Positions 33,994 through 47,574 of a stretch of 64,000 nucleotides of DNA are shown piece after piece; positions within the stretch are counted from its first letter, which is position 1, and every line of letters begins with the position of its first letter. The DNA is from Octopus bimaculoides (lineage: Eukaryota). The notes below the pieces were generated by a model that made no database searches, was not told the origin of the DNA, and saw only the letters and a list, made by a program, of their open reading frames with translations. The stretch is from the NCBI RefSeq assembly GCF_001194135.2, contig NC_068983.1:167747529-167811528 (forward strand). Direction: 5' to 3'. Position numbers and translations under genes: made by a program.

Positions 33994-35373
33994 CGGGGAG
34001 GTGTAATGGCCCAGTGGTTCTGTTGTACCTGTGTTTCAAAAGGCCAGCCTTGTCACACTCTGTGTCACATTGAATCTCCTTGACCACTACGTTAAGGGTA
34101 CATGTGTCTGTGGAGTGTTCAGTCACTTGCATGCTAATTTCACAAGCAGGCTATTCCGTTGATCAGATCAACTGGAACCCTTGTTGTTGCAACCGACGGA
34201 GTGCCATGATATGTATGATTGCAGCATGAAAGACACATGTTAGCCATTGAGAAACACACAAAGTCTGTTGATAAATGTTTCAGTGAAGTTAACAGTTTTT
34301 GTGTATTTCTGAATGGCCAATTTGTGCCTTCCATCCTGTAATTGTTTAAGCTTCAGCACAAAGTCTCAGTCCAAGCCACTTATCTGACAATGATACCTCA
34401 GTTTGATATATATATACATATATACAATAGACTATACTGTACTGTACTGCTGGACTCTCCTGTTGTAGACAACAATTGAGAGTTCCACACCTTCTTGTTG
34501 AACAACCTGCACAGATAATTTTGCTTAGTGATCAAATGTTTGTGCTGTCTATTAGGTAGGTGCACTGGTAAAATCAATACTATAACTGTTCAGAAAATAG
34601 ATTCCATCATATTTATTATATTCATATAGACTTGGGCATGCTGTCGAAATACTTGCTTAAGAAATTGTTCTCTTCATAGTCAGTATGTGTGAGAACACAT
34701 CAGTTAGCTATGAATGATGTGATCAGACTGTAGGCTGTATGCATCACAAACTATGGATATCATAACCACTAATAATACCAAACCATTTCTGCAGCATGTT
34801 TTTCCACGTCTGAGTGGACACAACAATGTTAAATATGATTTTATATGACTCTATAGTCATCCTTATTACCATCATTTAATGTCTGATGTGGGTTCAAGGA
34901 CTACATCACGTTCCAGTGTCTGTTTTGGCATGGTTTCTATGACCAGATGCCTTTCCTAATGCCAACCACATCACAGAGTGGATTGGATGCTTTTTGTTTT
35001 TCATGCCTACCAGTATATTGCTGAGGTTGTGATGCAGCTTTGCAAGGCTAGAAAACCAAGGGATTTGTGTGAAGAGACAAGAGAGATGGGGGTGAGCAGG
35101 TTCCTCTTGTTGTTGTAGAGGAGCTAAACAGACACATTTAGAATAGAGTGAGAATGATCAGTAGCCACTGCAAGTCCAGGTATGAGGTGAGAACTAGGAG
35201 TGTGGGTGGGTGGGTGAGTGTTTGTAAGAGCGTATGGGGTGAGAGATGCAGGGTGGGGGAGGTAGACAACAATTGTATTATAGTGTAAAAAAATAAAAAG
35301 AAGTCAGTTATTCTATTTCTATTTGTTTCTGTCAATGTTACCAATCTGTAGCCCTGTTATTATTTCTTGAAAG

Positions 35374-35549
35374 GTATTGTGCTCTGCAGGGAGAAGCAAT
35401 GTACCAAACTGGAGTGTCCACGTAGCAGAAATATCACAGGACAGTGCTGTCCCCAGTGTGAACCCTTCTGCGAATTCAAAGGTACAGTATTCAGTGAAGG
35501 AGAAACAGTTAAAGACTCCACCGATCCTTGTTTACAGTGCAGTTGTCAA
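35374..35549 (+). CDS. Exon 17: VWC5 C-half plus VWC6 N-half
   Basis: GIVLCREKQC...CCPQCEPFCEFKG...DPCLQCSCQ; acceptor ttgaaag|gt. The donor CAA|GTGAAA is weak; an in-frame TTA|GTAAGT at 35588 would add 13 aa. Phase 1-0. Confidence 0.85.
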
Positions 35550-37137
35550 GTGAAAGAAGAAATTAATTCTGTGGGAGAACATCATTTAGTAAGTTATATA
35601 ACTTCTATTCTTCAAATATACCCCTTAAAACTAACACCTGAGGATCTTGTCATTCTGTTAGAAGAAATGATTTTGTCCGTACCCTGCAGATTAGAAAATT
35701 GTTGATGTAACTATTTGCACTGCTATGGCATTCTGCTGTTATTATTATTAGTCCAACCCATGCTAGCATGGAAAGCGGACGTTAAACGATGATGATGACT
35801 TCTATTATTGTATACATATACACACGCAGCTATAAGGTTGAGCTATATATATTTTTATATATTAATTACATCATTGTCATTTAACTTGTCTTCCATGCTG
35901 GTATGGGTTGGATGGTTAATCAGGATCCAATGAACCAGAGGAGTGTGTTGAGCTCCAATGACTGTTTTCACATAGTTTTTATGGTTTGATGCTCTCCCTA
36001 ATGCTAACCCCTTTATAGAATATACTGGATACTTTTTTGGGAGGCATCAGTACTAATGAAGATCACCTGACAATTTGCAAGATGAAAAGCCTAAGCAGGG
36101 CTCTATAACTTCAGGTGAATAGAAGAGACAGCTGATTGGACAGGCTCTGATCAAAAGCATTCTAGTTGTAACCACCCTGGTTTTTTCCTATGTGCAGTGA
36201 AACCAGGACAACATTGGCCAATGTTTTTTTCTTTTTTTTTTTGTAAGACTAGTGTGATTTGAAGGAATATTGGTTGCTATTTTTAGAACATGGAGGAATC
36301 ATGTAGGGATTTTCTCATGGGCTTACCAAGCATAGTTCAGTGTAAAATTTACTTCCAAGGAGCTAAATTAATTAAAAATGTTACTTCACTCTTCACACTG
36401 TCCAGAATTGCCTTATCACTGTTTCCAAAGCAAGCCTTTAGGTTTTTGACAAAAGATTAATGCTCCTTCAAAACCTTTAAAAATTCTTTATATTGACTCT
36501 CAGTTTTAAGATAGGTGTAATATCTAACCATTCCCATAGAAAATTCACCAATGGGTTTAAACACTGTTAATTATGGCATTCATAAATTCAGAATTCATCA
36601 GAAAAGCAGTCACCACCTTCTCAAAGTTGACTCAAAACATGTAGGTAAAACAAGAAACATTCACATGCATTTGTTCCATGAATATATTATTATATGGAAA
36701 CTGGTTTGAAGATAAGAAAAAAAAAAAGAAAAAAAAATCTCAATTTTTGTCTTTTAAACTGATTTGTGATTAATTCTTAGCCACCATTATTTGAACAGAT
36801 TGACCAATTCAAAGACCTTTTTCCATAGCTTACATCTAAAAACACATACACTAAGATAACCTGACCTATTTCACTTTGGAATGTTTTGTGTTGTATGATC
36901 AGGTCTTCACTGGTTTTTATCATTTTGTTCTGTTTAATCATTTTGTTTGTGATAGTTTGATGTGCCCTGTCTTGGTGACAATTCATCATTGTTGTCACTA
37001 TCGTCATAATGCCTTCTTTTTTCCTTCATGCTTCCATAGAACAGAGTTTTCTATGACTTGATACCCTTCCTGTTGGCAAATCCCCACTTGTTTCCAAGTG
37101 AGGTAATAATCTCCCAGTCTATAAAATAATAACCAGC

Positions 37138-37174
<37 letters not shown>

Positions 37175-37234
37175 GCGCATTAGATTGATCCAAATTTACG
37201 TTTCCTCATATTAACACTTTTCCTCTTTGCTCAG

Positions 37235-37420
37235 GTCCCCAGCATACAATGTTTGTACATAAAAGACCAGTGCAAACCTACCGAATGTAGTCACCCTGCA
37301 AGGATGCCAGATCAATGTTGTCCTGTCTGTGAAAATTGTTATTATTTAAGGAGGATCTTTTACAATAATCAAAGCTTTACATTACCTGATGGTGACCCTT
37401 GCAAAGTGTGTACATGTAAG
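37235..37420 (+). CDS. Exon 18: VWC6 C-half plus VWC7 N-half
   Basis: VPSIQC...CCPVCENCYY...DPCKVCTCK; acceptor gctcag|gt, donor AAG|GTAAGT, phase 0-0. Confidence 0.9.
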
Positions 37421-37684
37421 GTAAGTGTCATTTCTTCCAAATATACAGTTCTGTAATGATTATAATAATAACAAGAGCACTCAGAGAGTGCAAGCCTCCA
37501 CCAAGGCAACACCAACATCCTCTCAACGATTAGCCAGAGATGATTTTTAAAGTGAGAATATCTGAAATAAACTCAACTGCTCTCACAAACAAGAATACTA
37601 AAAATGCACCCAACCACTCTCAAAACTTAAGTAAAAAAAACAGGAAAAATAATCCAGAATTCTTGTCTGGTACTGGATCTCTTT

Positions 37685-38050
37685 TAACTCCTTTACTTGT
37701 TTCAGTCATTTAACTGTGGCCATGCTGGAGCACGGCCTTTAGTCAAGCAAATTGACCCCAGGACTTATTCTTTGTAAGCCTAGTACGTATTCTATCGGTC
37801 GCTTTTGCTGAACCACTAGGTTACGGGGATGTAAACACACCAGCATCGGTTGTCAAGCAATGGTGGGGGGGACAAACACAGACATACAAACACACACACA
37901 CACACTCACACATATACATGTATACGATGGGCTTCTTTCAGTTTCTGCCTACCAAATTCACTCACAAGGCTTTGGTCGGCCTGAGGCTATAGTAGAAGAC
38001 ACTTGCCCAAGGTTCCACGCAGTGGGACTGAACCCGGAACCATCTGGGAA
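37685..38050 (-). mobile_element. SINE copy with internal (CA)n. Related copies at ~25440-25630(-), 26170-26310(-), 39735-39950(-), 46200-46380(-), 54150-54370(+), 58210-58395(+)
   Basis: Shared core ...tctttcagtttctgcctaccaaattcactcacaaggctttggtcggcc...tagaagacacttgcccaagg..., and shared segment gaccccaggacttattctttgtaagcctagtac, found in both orientations. Confidence 0.75.
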
Positions 38051-38345
38051 GTAAGATTAAATTTGTAGCCTAGTTTAATATCGTATCACCACCTGGCCTG
38101 AGGGTGTCTTTAGCAGTCCACTTTGTTGCAAGCATTCAGGCCAGATATCTGGTTTGAGGATAACTTACTCTCTTCCTCCCTTCCAGTCGTGGAGGCCCTG
38201 CAAAAAGATCATAGGTGTTGCTTTCCCTCCAGTGACTGAAATAAAAAAGCTAAAAATTCTGTAAAAACTTTTTTATTTAAAATTTTTTTTTAAAGTTGAT
38301 AAAACAGTGTTTAACTTATTTCATGTTTTGTTTTGTTTCTTGAAG

Positions 38346-38528
38346 GATGGAAAAGTTTCATGTAAAAGAACGCAATGTCCATTTTTGAATTGTTCAAACC
38401 CTATGCAACTTCCAAACCAGTGTTGTCCAGTCTGTGAAAGTGGTTGTCATTCGGAAAGAGGTTCTTATTATTTAGAAGGACAAAACTTCGATGATCCAGA
38501 AGATGACTGTCGCACATGCATGTGTTTA
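38346..38528 (+). CDS. Exon 19: VWC7 C-half plus VWC8 N-half
   Basis: DGKVSC...CCPVCESGCHS...CRTCMCL; acceptor cttgaag|ga, donor TTA|GTAAGA, phase 0-0. Confidence 0.9.
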
Positions 38529-38842
38529 GTAAGAAATTTCCTTCTTTACTTTTTTATGATTTCACTTGACAAACAAATTCAGTTAGATTTCTTTTGGTAA
38601 ACTCTAAACCTACTCATTCACTGGAAATTATAACTGTAGATTCTTTTAATGAATTATTGATCAGTAGTAGACTTTACTGATTTTGATTTCACTTTATGAA
38701 ATGATATCAAATAGTTAAAAATATTTAGTAATACTAATTTGATGACAAAAGTCAGTAGACTTTGTATTATAAAAAAATTGCTTACATTTTGTAAAACTAA
38801 AATTATATAAAAAAAAAAAAAAATTTGACATTTTTCTTGTAG

Positions 38843-39019
38843 AACAGACAGATTGTTTGTAGAGTTAAAGAATGCCCTCCAATCTCATGTTCTCACCCAG
38901 CTCGAGAAACTAACCGCTGCTGTCCAACTTGTGATTTTTGTGAATATGACCGGAGAATCTTCAGAGACAAGCAAAGATTTTTTGATCCTCGACTTCCAAC
39001 AAGAACATGTGAATGCTTG
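38843..39019 (+). CDS. Exon 20: VWC8 C-half plus atypical VWC9 N-half (not in the ORF track)
   Basis: NRQIVCRVKECPPISC...CCPTCDFCEYDRR...PTRTCECL; acceptor cttgtag|aa, donor TTG|GTAAGT, phase 0-0. Confidence 0.9.
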
Positions 39020-39737
39020 GTAAGTCCAACACTTTCATTATTGTATTTCTTTTGAAACTCCCTTTGGTTTTATTAATTTTGAAAATACTGAAGACTTTAG
39101 TAAAATAACTTCTGGTCTTTATTAAACTGTTTGGAACATAAATTAACTTGAAATTTTCATTTAAATTACTTTGAAAGATTTGTATCATAGAATCAAGTGT
39201 GATGTTAGGCAGGTGTAAATGTGCACCTGTTTTTCATTTTTTTCTGGAAATCACGTTTCTAGACCCAACCTTTTTCCTAATCCCCACCATAATAAGATCT
39301 CATTGTCATTTGGCTATTGCTTAATGCTACCTTATATCTTCTTATTACAATCTTTGCCCACCTTCCTGTTGATGCTTCAGAAAAATGCTCTTCAACTTCT
39401 ATCTTTAAACCATATTTATCTCTGGATTTCTTTTGTTTTTTTTTTCTGCAAACAAATCTCTGCTTTTTACTTTCAAACATATAACCTGGTTGCTGTTTCA
39501 TCAGTGTTTTGCTGTTCACTTTTCCATGCTCGCATGAATCACATAAAATTTGTTGTGGCAGATTTCCTATTACCAGGTGCCTTTCCTGTTGCCTTACCAA
39601 CGCTAATCTCTTTCCAAGGAAGGTAATATTTCACTCCAGACATCATTTTCTTGGAAGATTGAAAATGAATGATACCACTTACCTGATGCTGATGCTCATT
39701 TACAACTATCACCTGATATCAATACAATGAGGCACTA

Positions 39738-39793
<56 letters not shown>

Positions 39794-41254
39794 TGAGATT
39801 CTTTTGGCTTTTGTCTACCAAATCCATTCACAAGGCTTTAATCGACCCAGAGCTATAGCAGAAAACATTTTCTCAAGGTGCCATGCAGTGAGACTGAACC
39901 TAGAATCTTGTGATTGGTAGGCAAGATTTTTAACCACACAGCCATGCCTGCGCAGTTGCTCTGAATCATAAATTTTCACTTCATTCTTCACATATTATTT
40001 CATGTTTTCATTAAATGTTCATCCCTCTTTACTGAGCTTATCTAAAATTATTCTTTCATTTCAATTTTCATTTCTAAGCAAAAAAAAAAAGAAAATAAGT
40101 GCAAGTTAACTTCCATTGGAATATAATTTATTTAATAATAATGATGATGGTTTCTCCCTTCCATGACAGTGTATGTAGGTTCAGCTTTTTCTGAACGACC
40201 TGTACAAAGGATTTGCTTATAGTGATGTATGTCATCACTCCCTCCACCTGATTGGCATTACCTGAACAGGTGCATGATGTACCACACGTCAGGTGTTAAG
40301 GTGACTACAGAGCAATGTGAGATGAAATGTTTTCCTCACAAACACACCACCCAGTCTAGGAATTGAAACCATGATCTTGCGATTGTGAGTGTAACACCCA
40401 AACCACTAGGCCATGCATCCTCATAATAATAATAATAATTGCCCTGATGCAAGTACCAGGCAGTGGCTCTCATGGCTTCTCAACTGATTGGAAGTGTTAT
40501 CATGTACATTGTTTTGTCTTGGTATAAAAGATGGGCTACAGCAAATATTCTGCTCAATACCACAGATTTACTTATCAATTGAGCATGACAATATGTGCAT
40601 CTCTGATCAGGAGCAGAAGTAGTGGGGAAGCATCATAGTCATGTGTTGAGAGGAGTTCTTTGGGGATTGAATAATTCACCTCTGGAAACACAGGTGTTTT
40701 GTTCAACATCCTTAAACAAACCTTATTCAGGGACCTTTTGAGTGGGATGGGCTACTCAACCTAAAGAAAATTCTAACTGGGCCCCACCTGCAAGGTCATG
40801 CGCTGTTTATATTGATATGAGATCATCATGTTGCGCACATGTCGTTGTGATTGCATGTGCCTGGTGTAGCCTTATCAGACGGGTAGTCATGATGGGTACA
40901 TTGGGCTTCGTATAATTGTACCCCAGTGTCATTTTGATGGCATGTGCTACTTTATCACTCAATAATAATAATAATAATAATAAAAAGAGCATGAAACAAG
41001 TGAAATAAATAATTAAAAGTAAGAAGTAACTTTTTAGAATTAATTTTTGTGTAATGTCAAAAATAAACAATTTGAATATATTTAGATCAGAGCTTTTCAT
41101 CAAAACATCATGGTAATTTATGTTCCAAACACAAGCTTCATAATGATGAAGTTAATTTTCTAAATTCTTCCCAATTTTCAAAATTGAAACAAAGGTTGTA
41201 TATTTCAACAAAAATATGATTATTAAAGAGAGAAACATTTTTTTAAAATTTCAG

Positions 41255-41459
41255 GCTGGTTCAGTTGTATGTGATGCAGATGGTTCAACTTGTTCATATG
41301 ACGGAAAAACTTACAAAGAAGCAGAGGTTTTCTCAAGCCATAACAAATGTGAAGAATGTATCTGTCAAAATTCAAAAGTCACCTGTCAATCAGTCTCTTG
41401 TCCTGATTTGCAATGTCAACATCCTGCAAACACTGATGGTTGCTGTCCTTCTTGTTATA
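41255..41459 (+). CDS. Exon 21: end of truncated VWC9 plus VWC10
   Basis: AGSVVCDADGSTCSYDGK...CCPSCY; acceptor tttcag|gc, donor TATA|GTAAGT, phase 0-1. Confidence 0.9.
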
Positions 41460-41524
41460 GTAAGTGGTTTTCTTCTGCGTTACCAGTGCTTGCCAACATG
41501 TTTATCTTTTTATTTGGTGGGTGA

Positions 41525-42790
41525 TGTAGAAACTAGGGATTGACGAATGGTTAATAAGGGCTGTACAGGCCCTATATAGAGATGCCATTAGTAAGGTTAG
41601 GGTTGGCAATGAGTATTGTGAAGAATTCCAGGTAGAAGTAGGGGGTCTACCAAGGATCAGTCCTGAGCCCCCTCTTATTCATCATAGTCCTCCAGGCAAT
41701 AACAGAGGGATTCAAGACAGGTTGGAGCATACTGGTTTCATTTCTTTCAAGTCTTTGCATATCCTCAGTAGTCACAGCCCATGTCTCACTGCCATATAGC
41801 ATAGGTGTCTGTAAATGGGCATGATACAATCTGCCTTTCAGTCTGATGGAGAGGCCCTTCATTACTAACAGAGGTAGTAGCTCTCTGAACTTCACCTGGC
41901 CTATTCTTATTCTAGCAGCTATGCTTTCAGAACAACCTCCCCCACTACTAACTTGGTCCCTAAGTAATGGAAGCTATCTACTACTTCTAGGGATCTCCCC
42001 CTGGCATATGAGAGTCTATTTTTTATGTATTCCTGGTGTTTAATGAATCCACACATCTGCCACATGTAAAGATTACCCTCTCCTTTAGTTGCTCTGTTCT
42101 ATTGCTGCACCTCTTATGTGTCCATAGCTTGCACTGGATACATCTTATGGAGTTTGTCCCAACACCTTTTCTACATATTGAGCAGGGCCATCTCCCTGGA
42201 GGGATCTGCAATTTGTTGTTTTCTTACTTATCAATACTTTGGCCTGTACTAAATTAACTCTAAGGCCCTTTGATTACAGTCTGTGCTTCCATACCTGAAA
42301 TTTCTTCTCTAGTTCTGGTAGTGATTCAGCAGTGAGAACAAGGCCATCTGCATAGAGAACCTCCCAAGGGCAGGTAATCTTATATTCCTCAGTTATAGCT
42401 TGGAGGACTATGATGAATAAGTGGGAGCTAAGAACTGAACCCTGGTGGATTCCTACTTGTACACTAAACTCCTTGCTATATTCATTGGTGACTCTCATCT
42501 TACTAACAGCCTCCCTATACATGGCTTGGACAGCTCCCACTAATCACTGATCTATCCCTTGTTTCTGCCCACCAAATAAGAGAGCAGGGCACCATGCCAA
42601 AGGCTTTCTCCATGTCAACAAAAGCCTGAAAAGGGGGGTTTTTTTGCCCAAGTATTTCTCCTGCAGTTGCCTCATCAGGAAGATAGCATCAGTGGTGCTT
42701 CTCCCTGGCACAAATCCAAACTGCATCTCATCTGTGCTAACTCTCTTCTTAATTAATTGAGCAGACATAAAACAATGATGATGATGATGT
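41525..42790 (-). mobile_element. RTE LINE fragments: short + strand RT piece (41525-41715) next to a longer - strand piece with RT and intact-spacing PHD-type finger
   Basis: Plus piece KLGIDEW...QGSVLSPLLFIIVLQAIT; minus ORFs 42274..42540, 42023..42211, 41647..41895, 42544..42819 match the 21-24 kb copy. Confidence 0.8.
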
Positions 42791-42902
42791 CTGTTTTTTA
42801 ATGTAACTTCTTGTTTCAAAGAGCTGCAAGTTAAAACAAAATGTTTAATAATATGGAGTACAAATTTAGATGATTGAACTTACAGCCCTTGTGTATGCAT
42901 AA

Positions 42903-42940
<38 letters not shown>

Positions 42941-43937
42941 ATATGTATCATCATTGTCCACCTTCCATTCTGGCATGGACAGTTTGACTGTGTTTAATGA
43001 ATCCTGCTCCAATGTCTCAGTCTTGGCATTATTTTTATGTCTTAGATGCCATTCCTGATGTCAACTACTTTACATCCAAAGTATTGGATGCTTTTTCTTT
43101 TGTGACACCAGCACTAGGGAGGTGGCCTTGTAAACAGGAAAACTAAAGAACTGACTTACTGAAACAAGGAGAAAGAGAGAGGGGGGAAGGAGGTAGGGAG
43201 AGAGGGGGAGGGGGAAGGGGATGATTCTAGGTGAGTTGATGAAGTATAATGAGAGGAAGAGATTTGTTGTGATAGTGGAGGAGGAGGCAGGATAAAAGAG
43301 TGAGTGGGTGGGTGAGGTGTAGATCCATCACTCTCATGTTAAAAAGGTAAATAAAGATTGAGAGTGAGGAAGGGGCTGTGAGCTAGGAGAAAGGGATTAG
43401 AGCATGGATGATCTGGTGAGGTGGGGGAGTGACATTCCTGGTTAAGGAAGAGTTGAGAGTATTGTTGGAGTGTGTGTGTGTGAGACCCAGGAAGACATGG
43501 GATGAAATACTGAAGAACAACCTCAGTATACCAAACCTTTCAGGCGAGATGACAAAGGACTGGGATGTCTGGCACCTTGCTGTAGTCAAGAAGACCTGCA
43601 CTTCACAGCACTGGTCCCTTTGGTGGTGTAAAGCACCTGTGTGGCACCATGTAAAATCACCCATGTGGTGCCACATAAATGTGCCTATACGGCGCTATGT
43701 AAAAGTGTTCATGCAATGCCACAGAAGAAGCACCCAGTCCACACTCTGTAAAATGGTTGGCACTAGGAAGGGCATCCAGCTTTAGAAACCATGCCTTATC
43801 GGAATGGAGTCTGGTGCAGCTTCCCAACTTTACCAGCTCCTGTCAAACCATCCAACTCATGCCAGCTTGGGCAATGGATGTTAAATGATGATGATGATAA
43901 GAAATATTATTTATGCTTTGTTCACTTTGTTTTACAG

Positions 43938-44620
43938 ATTGCACATTCTCTGGAAACAACTTCCAAAATAAAGAAGTCTTTCAGGACCCACAAGACACTT
44001 GCAGCACTTGCCAATGTCAAGAGGGCACAGTTGTATGTAATAAAAAATTCTGTCCAACTTTGCACTGCACTCATCCCAACCAAGAGCCTGGAGAATGCTG
44101 TCAGTCTTGCCAGAATTGCAACTACCTTTCACAGACCTATGGGGATAGCAAAGTATTTGCCAACCCAGAGAATCCCTGTGAAACTTGTCACTGTGAGAAA
44201 GGATCAGTGAGATGTCAGACAAGTCAGTGTCCCCCAGTTTCATGCACTCATCCTTCAAAACAAAATACTTGTTGTCCTAAATGTGCTGGTTGTAATTTTG
44301 ATGGTCATGAGATTCAGGATCGGCAAATGTTTGCCCATCCGGCTGACGAGTGTCAAATTTGTGAATGTATTGAAGGCAGAGTGAGATGTACTCAGAAAGA
44401 ATGTCAGCCAGTCACCTGTAATAACCCAGTTATTAATTCTTGCTGTCCAGTTTGTACTGACTGTCTTTATGAAGGTAGAACTTTAAAGAACCAACAGAGG
44501 TTTGCTCACGAAACCGACAGTTGTCAAATATGCCAATGTCTTGATGGAAATATTCACTGCACCGTTGAGAAATGTCCTGAGGTCGAATGTACTCATCCTG
44601 CTAAGAAACACTGTTGCAAG
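43938..44620 (+). CDS. Exon 22: VWC11-VWC14
   Basis: Four tandem VWC units in ORF 43913..44644; acceptor tttacag|at, donor AAG|GTATTT, phase 1-0. Confidence 0.95.
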
Positions 44621-45851
44621 GTATTTTGTTTTAAGGAATTTTAATCTGTATTTTCTAAAAAACATTTCATTTACTGTAAAGTAGATTCTACACAGTTTGT
44701 TTAACACTTTTGTTACTACATTTCTGATGGAATACACTACATTTATTTCAATTGATTTTGAAAATAATGATGTCGTCATTATTTACCTTTTTGTTGCCAA
44801 ATTTTTAATGAAAAGCACTGTCTTTGTTCCAGTTAATTTTAAAAATAACGAAAAATGTCGTAAAATAACTGTGTCATTATTTATCGGGTGTTTGAAACAT
44901 TAATTAACATGAAATTTTGTTGGAAACTTTTAATTTAGATCACTTAAAAACAAGAAGCTTGTAATATAGAACCAGGTGTGGTTTCAGGTGGGTTGGTATC
45001 AAAAGGATAAATTGGTAGAATGTCGCAAATAGCTCTTTAAATTAATTACTTTCTTTGAAATGGAAGTTGTATGTTGAATGGCCTAAACCTTAGACTAGTA
45101 TGCTGTGCTATAATTATGATTTGGTTGCGAGTAAAACACAATTCATACATTATGCAACATATTCAAATTGATTTGTCGAATATATTTGCATATTCAGCTC
45201 CCTACATTTATATGTTTGAGGTTGCTTCCCTGCTTAAACCTGGCTGGAGAAGTTTTCAGTTATCATGTCCGTTGTTAGCTGTCAGGATACTGTATTCTTC
45301 AAAAATTCTATACTTCCCAAAATTCACCAACACTATTCCTGATGTGCCCATCTACCCTTTCCTCTTTATGGCTCTTTAACTGTTCCCTTTGCCATCCATT
45401 TAAACCCAGCCCAGAATTTTGTTCCACATACAACTTCAGTGGCTCTCCAAAACTGACTGTGCAGAGTCTTCTCTTCAATCTGTCCAACATGCTCTCTTTG
45501 AATTTCATTCTTGTCCTTTTCTCCTATTCCACACTTGATCAACTGTTCCTTATTCACTGTCTTACATAATTTCTCTGTGCTGTCTGTAAATATTCTACTA
45601 GGTTTTTTCTTTCCATCTGTACACACTCTCCCACAGCAATTAAGCCTCTTCCACCCTGGTCATTCTTCAGGTACAGCCAGTTGATATCACCTTTCAGATG
45701 GTGGACTCCATACATTGTCAACAGCTTTCTAGTTTTTCTGTCAAGTTTCTGTGTCGTTTTTGGTCCAGTCTACAATTCCAACTCCATATCTGATTCACGG
45801 GTACTGCTTTTGCATTTATTGCTTCTATTCTTTTTATTATTATTATTACAG

Positions 45852-46052
45852 GAATGCCACGACTGTTCATATAATGGAACTGAATATGGTAACAACATGG
45901 TCTTCCGAGATCCAATCAACCTGTGTCAGAGATGTATCTGTATAGATGGAAACATCAATTGTCAGGAAAGGCAATGTCCACAAGTTCAGTGTCAGAACCC
46001 GAATATTATTGACTGCTGTCCTGTTTGTGAAGATTGTGTCTATAATAATCAG
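45852..46052 (+). CDS. Exon 23: end of VWC14, VWC15, start of VWC16
   Basis: ECHDCSYNG...CCPVCEDCVYNNQ; acceptor ttacag|ga, donor CAG|GTACTT, phase 0-0. Confidence 0.92.
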
Positions 46053-46198
46053 GTACTTTGTGTTTTTGATGTGCGTTGAAGTATAACAATATGATCAATA
46101 TATTTGATAGTTCTATTTAATGTGGTTTTTAACATTATTACAAACATTACCAACCCATCCTTCTCAATCTTTGCTTATAACTATCAAGTGATATGAAG

Positions 46199-46236
<38 letters not shown>

Positions 46237-46588
46237 CATATATGGTAGGTTTGTTTCAGTTTCTGCCTATTAAATCCACTTACAAGGCTTTGATTGGCCC
46301 AGGGCTATAGTAGAAGACACTTGCCCAAAGTGCAGTGGGACCAAACTCCTCAAAACCATGTGATGGGAAGTGAAACTATCCAACTCATGCTAAACTGGAA
46401 AAAAAGTAAAAATGGAAAGGATATATATTTATGAATATTTAATCATGTATACCACTATTATGTATGTGCACTTAGATACAGTATATAAACGTGTGTATGT
46501 GTGTGAATATTGGTATATAGAAATACTCACGTACATACACCCAAACAGACACACCATACATTCTAATTGTCATGTCATGCTTCTTCAG

Positions 46589-46996
46589 GTCATTCAAAAT
46601 GGCAGAACTATCCAGCACAAAGACGACGGATGCCAGCTGTGTGTCTGCCAATCAGGTGATCTCCGTTGTACCGGAAAGGGTTGCAAGGAAGTGACTTGCT
46701 CTCATCCTGTGTCTCGAAACTGCTGTCAGGAATGCTCTGACTGTAAATGGAATGCAACATATGTTGTCAGCAATGGTGGTCAAGTTTTGGATGAAGTACA
46801 ATGTAAAATCTGTGAATGCCATAATGGTGATTTGTATTGCGTTGCAAAGGACTGCCCTGCCACAAGATGTTCACATCCAGTCAAAAAGAAATGTTGTTCT
46901 GTGTGTGATGACTGCTTTGTAAATGGTGAGATAATACCAAATGGAAAACAACAACAAATTGGAGATGATAATCCATGTCGTGTTTGCAAATGTCAG
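46589..46996 (+). CDS. Exon 24: VWC16, VWC17, VWC18 N-half
   Basis: VIQNGR...CCQECSDC...CCSVCDDC...NPCRVCKCQ; acceptor cttcag|gt, donor CAG|GTAGGA, phase 0-0. Confidence 0.93.
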
Positions 46997-47574
46997 GTAG
47001 GACAGCTTTTATTTTGAAGCCCTTTCATTAAAATCTTCTCTGCTTTCTTGCAGTGGCCTTGGTTTGTCATTTCTAAAATCTGAATCTGTTTGAATTTCTG
47101 TGATATTTGAGTTTGGAGTCAAATAGTTCTCTTATAGAACAGCAGCACCATCAATGTTTCCATTTGTTTTCTTTCACCACTATTCTTGTCTTTTCTTTAC
47201 AATTTTCTTGTCAATTCTTTTTAAACCTCAAATTAATTGAAACAAACATTTTAGTTTTATGTTTTTCTCTTCCATCTTATTACATATTCAGTAGACATTA
47301 CAGCTAGTTTGACGCAAATCTAAATATGGCTCTTCCATTAAAGCCAACCAAGATTCTCATTAACAATTTTACATTTTTTCAACAGAAGATTATTGAATTT
47401 TGGTACCAGTCTATGGTTACTACTTTTAATCTTCCTCTAAAGGAGTTTTGAGCTGATAACCTTTAGAAATATTATAATAATCTAACAATTGAAAGATATC
47501 TAGTTCAACCTAGCTAGGCCTCATCAGCTTCTCTGTTGTTAATTATGTGTATATTTTGGTAGACTACCTATCAT

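Noticed and set aside
33224-34132. Long ORFs of 302 and 257 aa
   Set aside because: Mostly X from a 568-N gap plus a polypyrimidine tract; the same applies to ORFs over gaps at 2000 and 28644.
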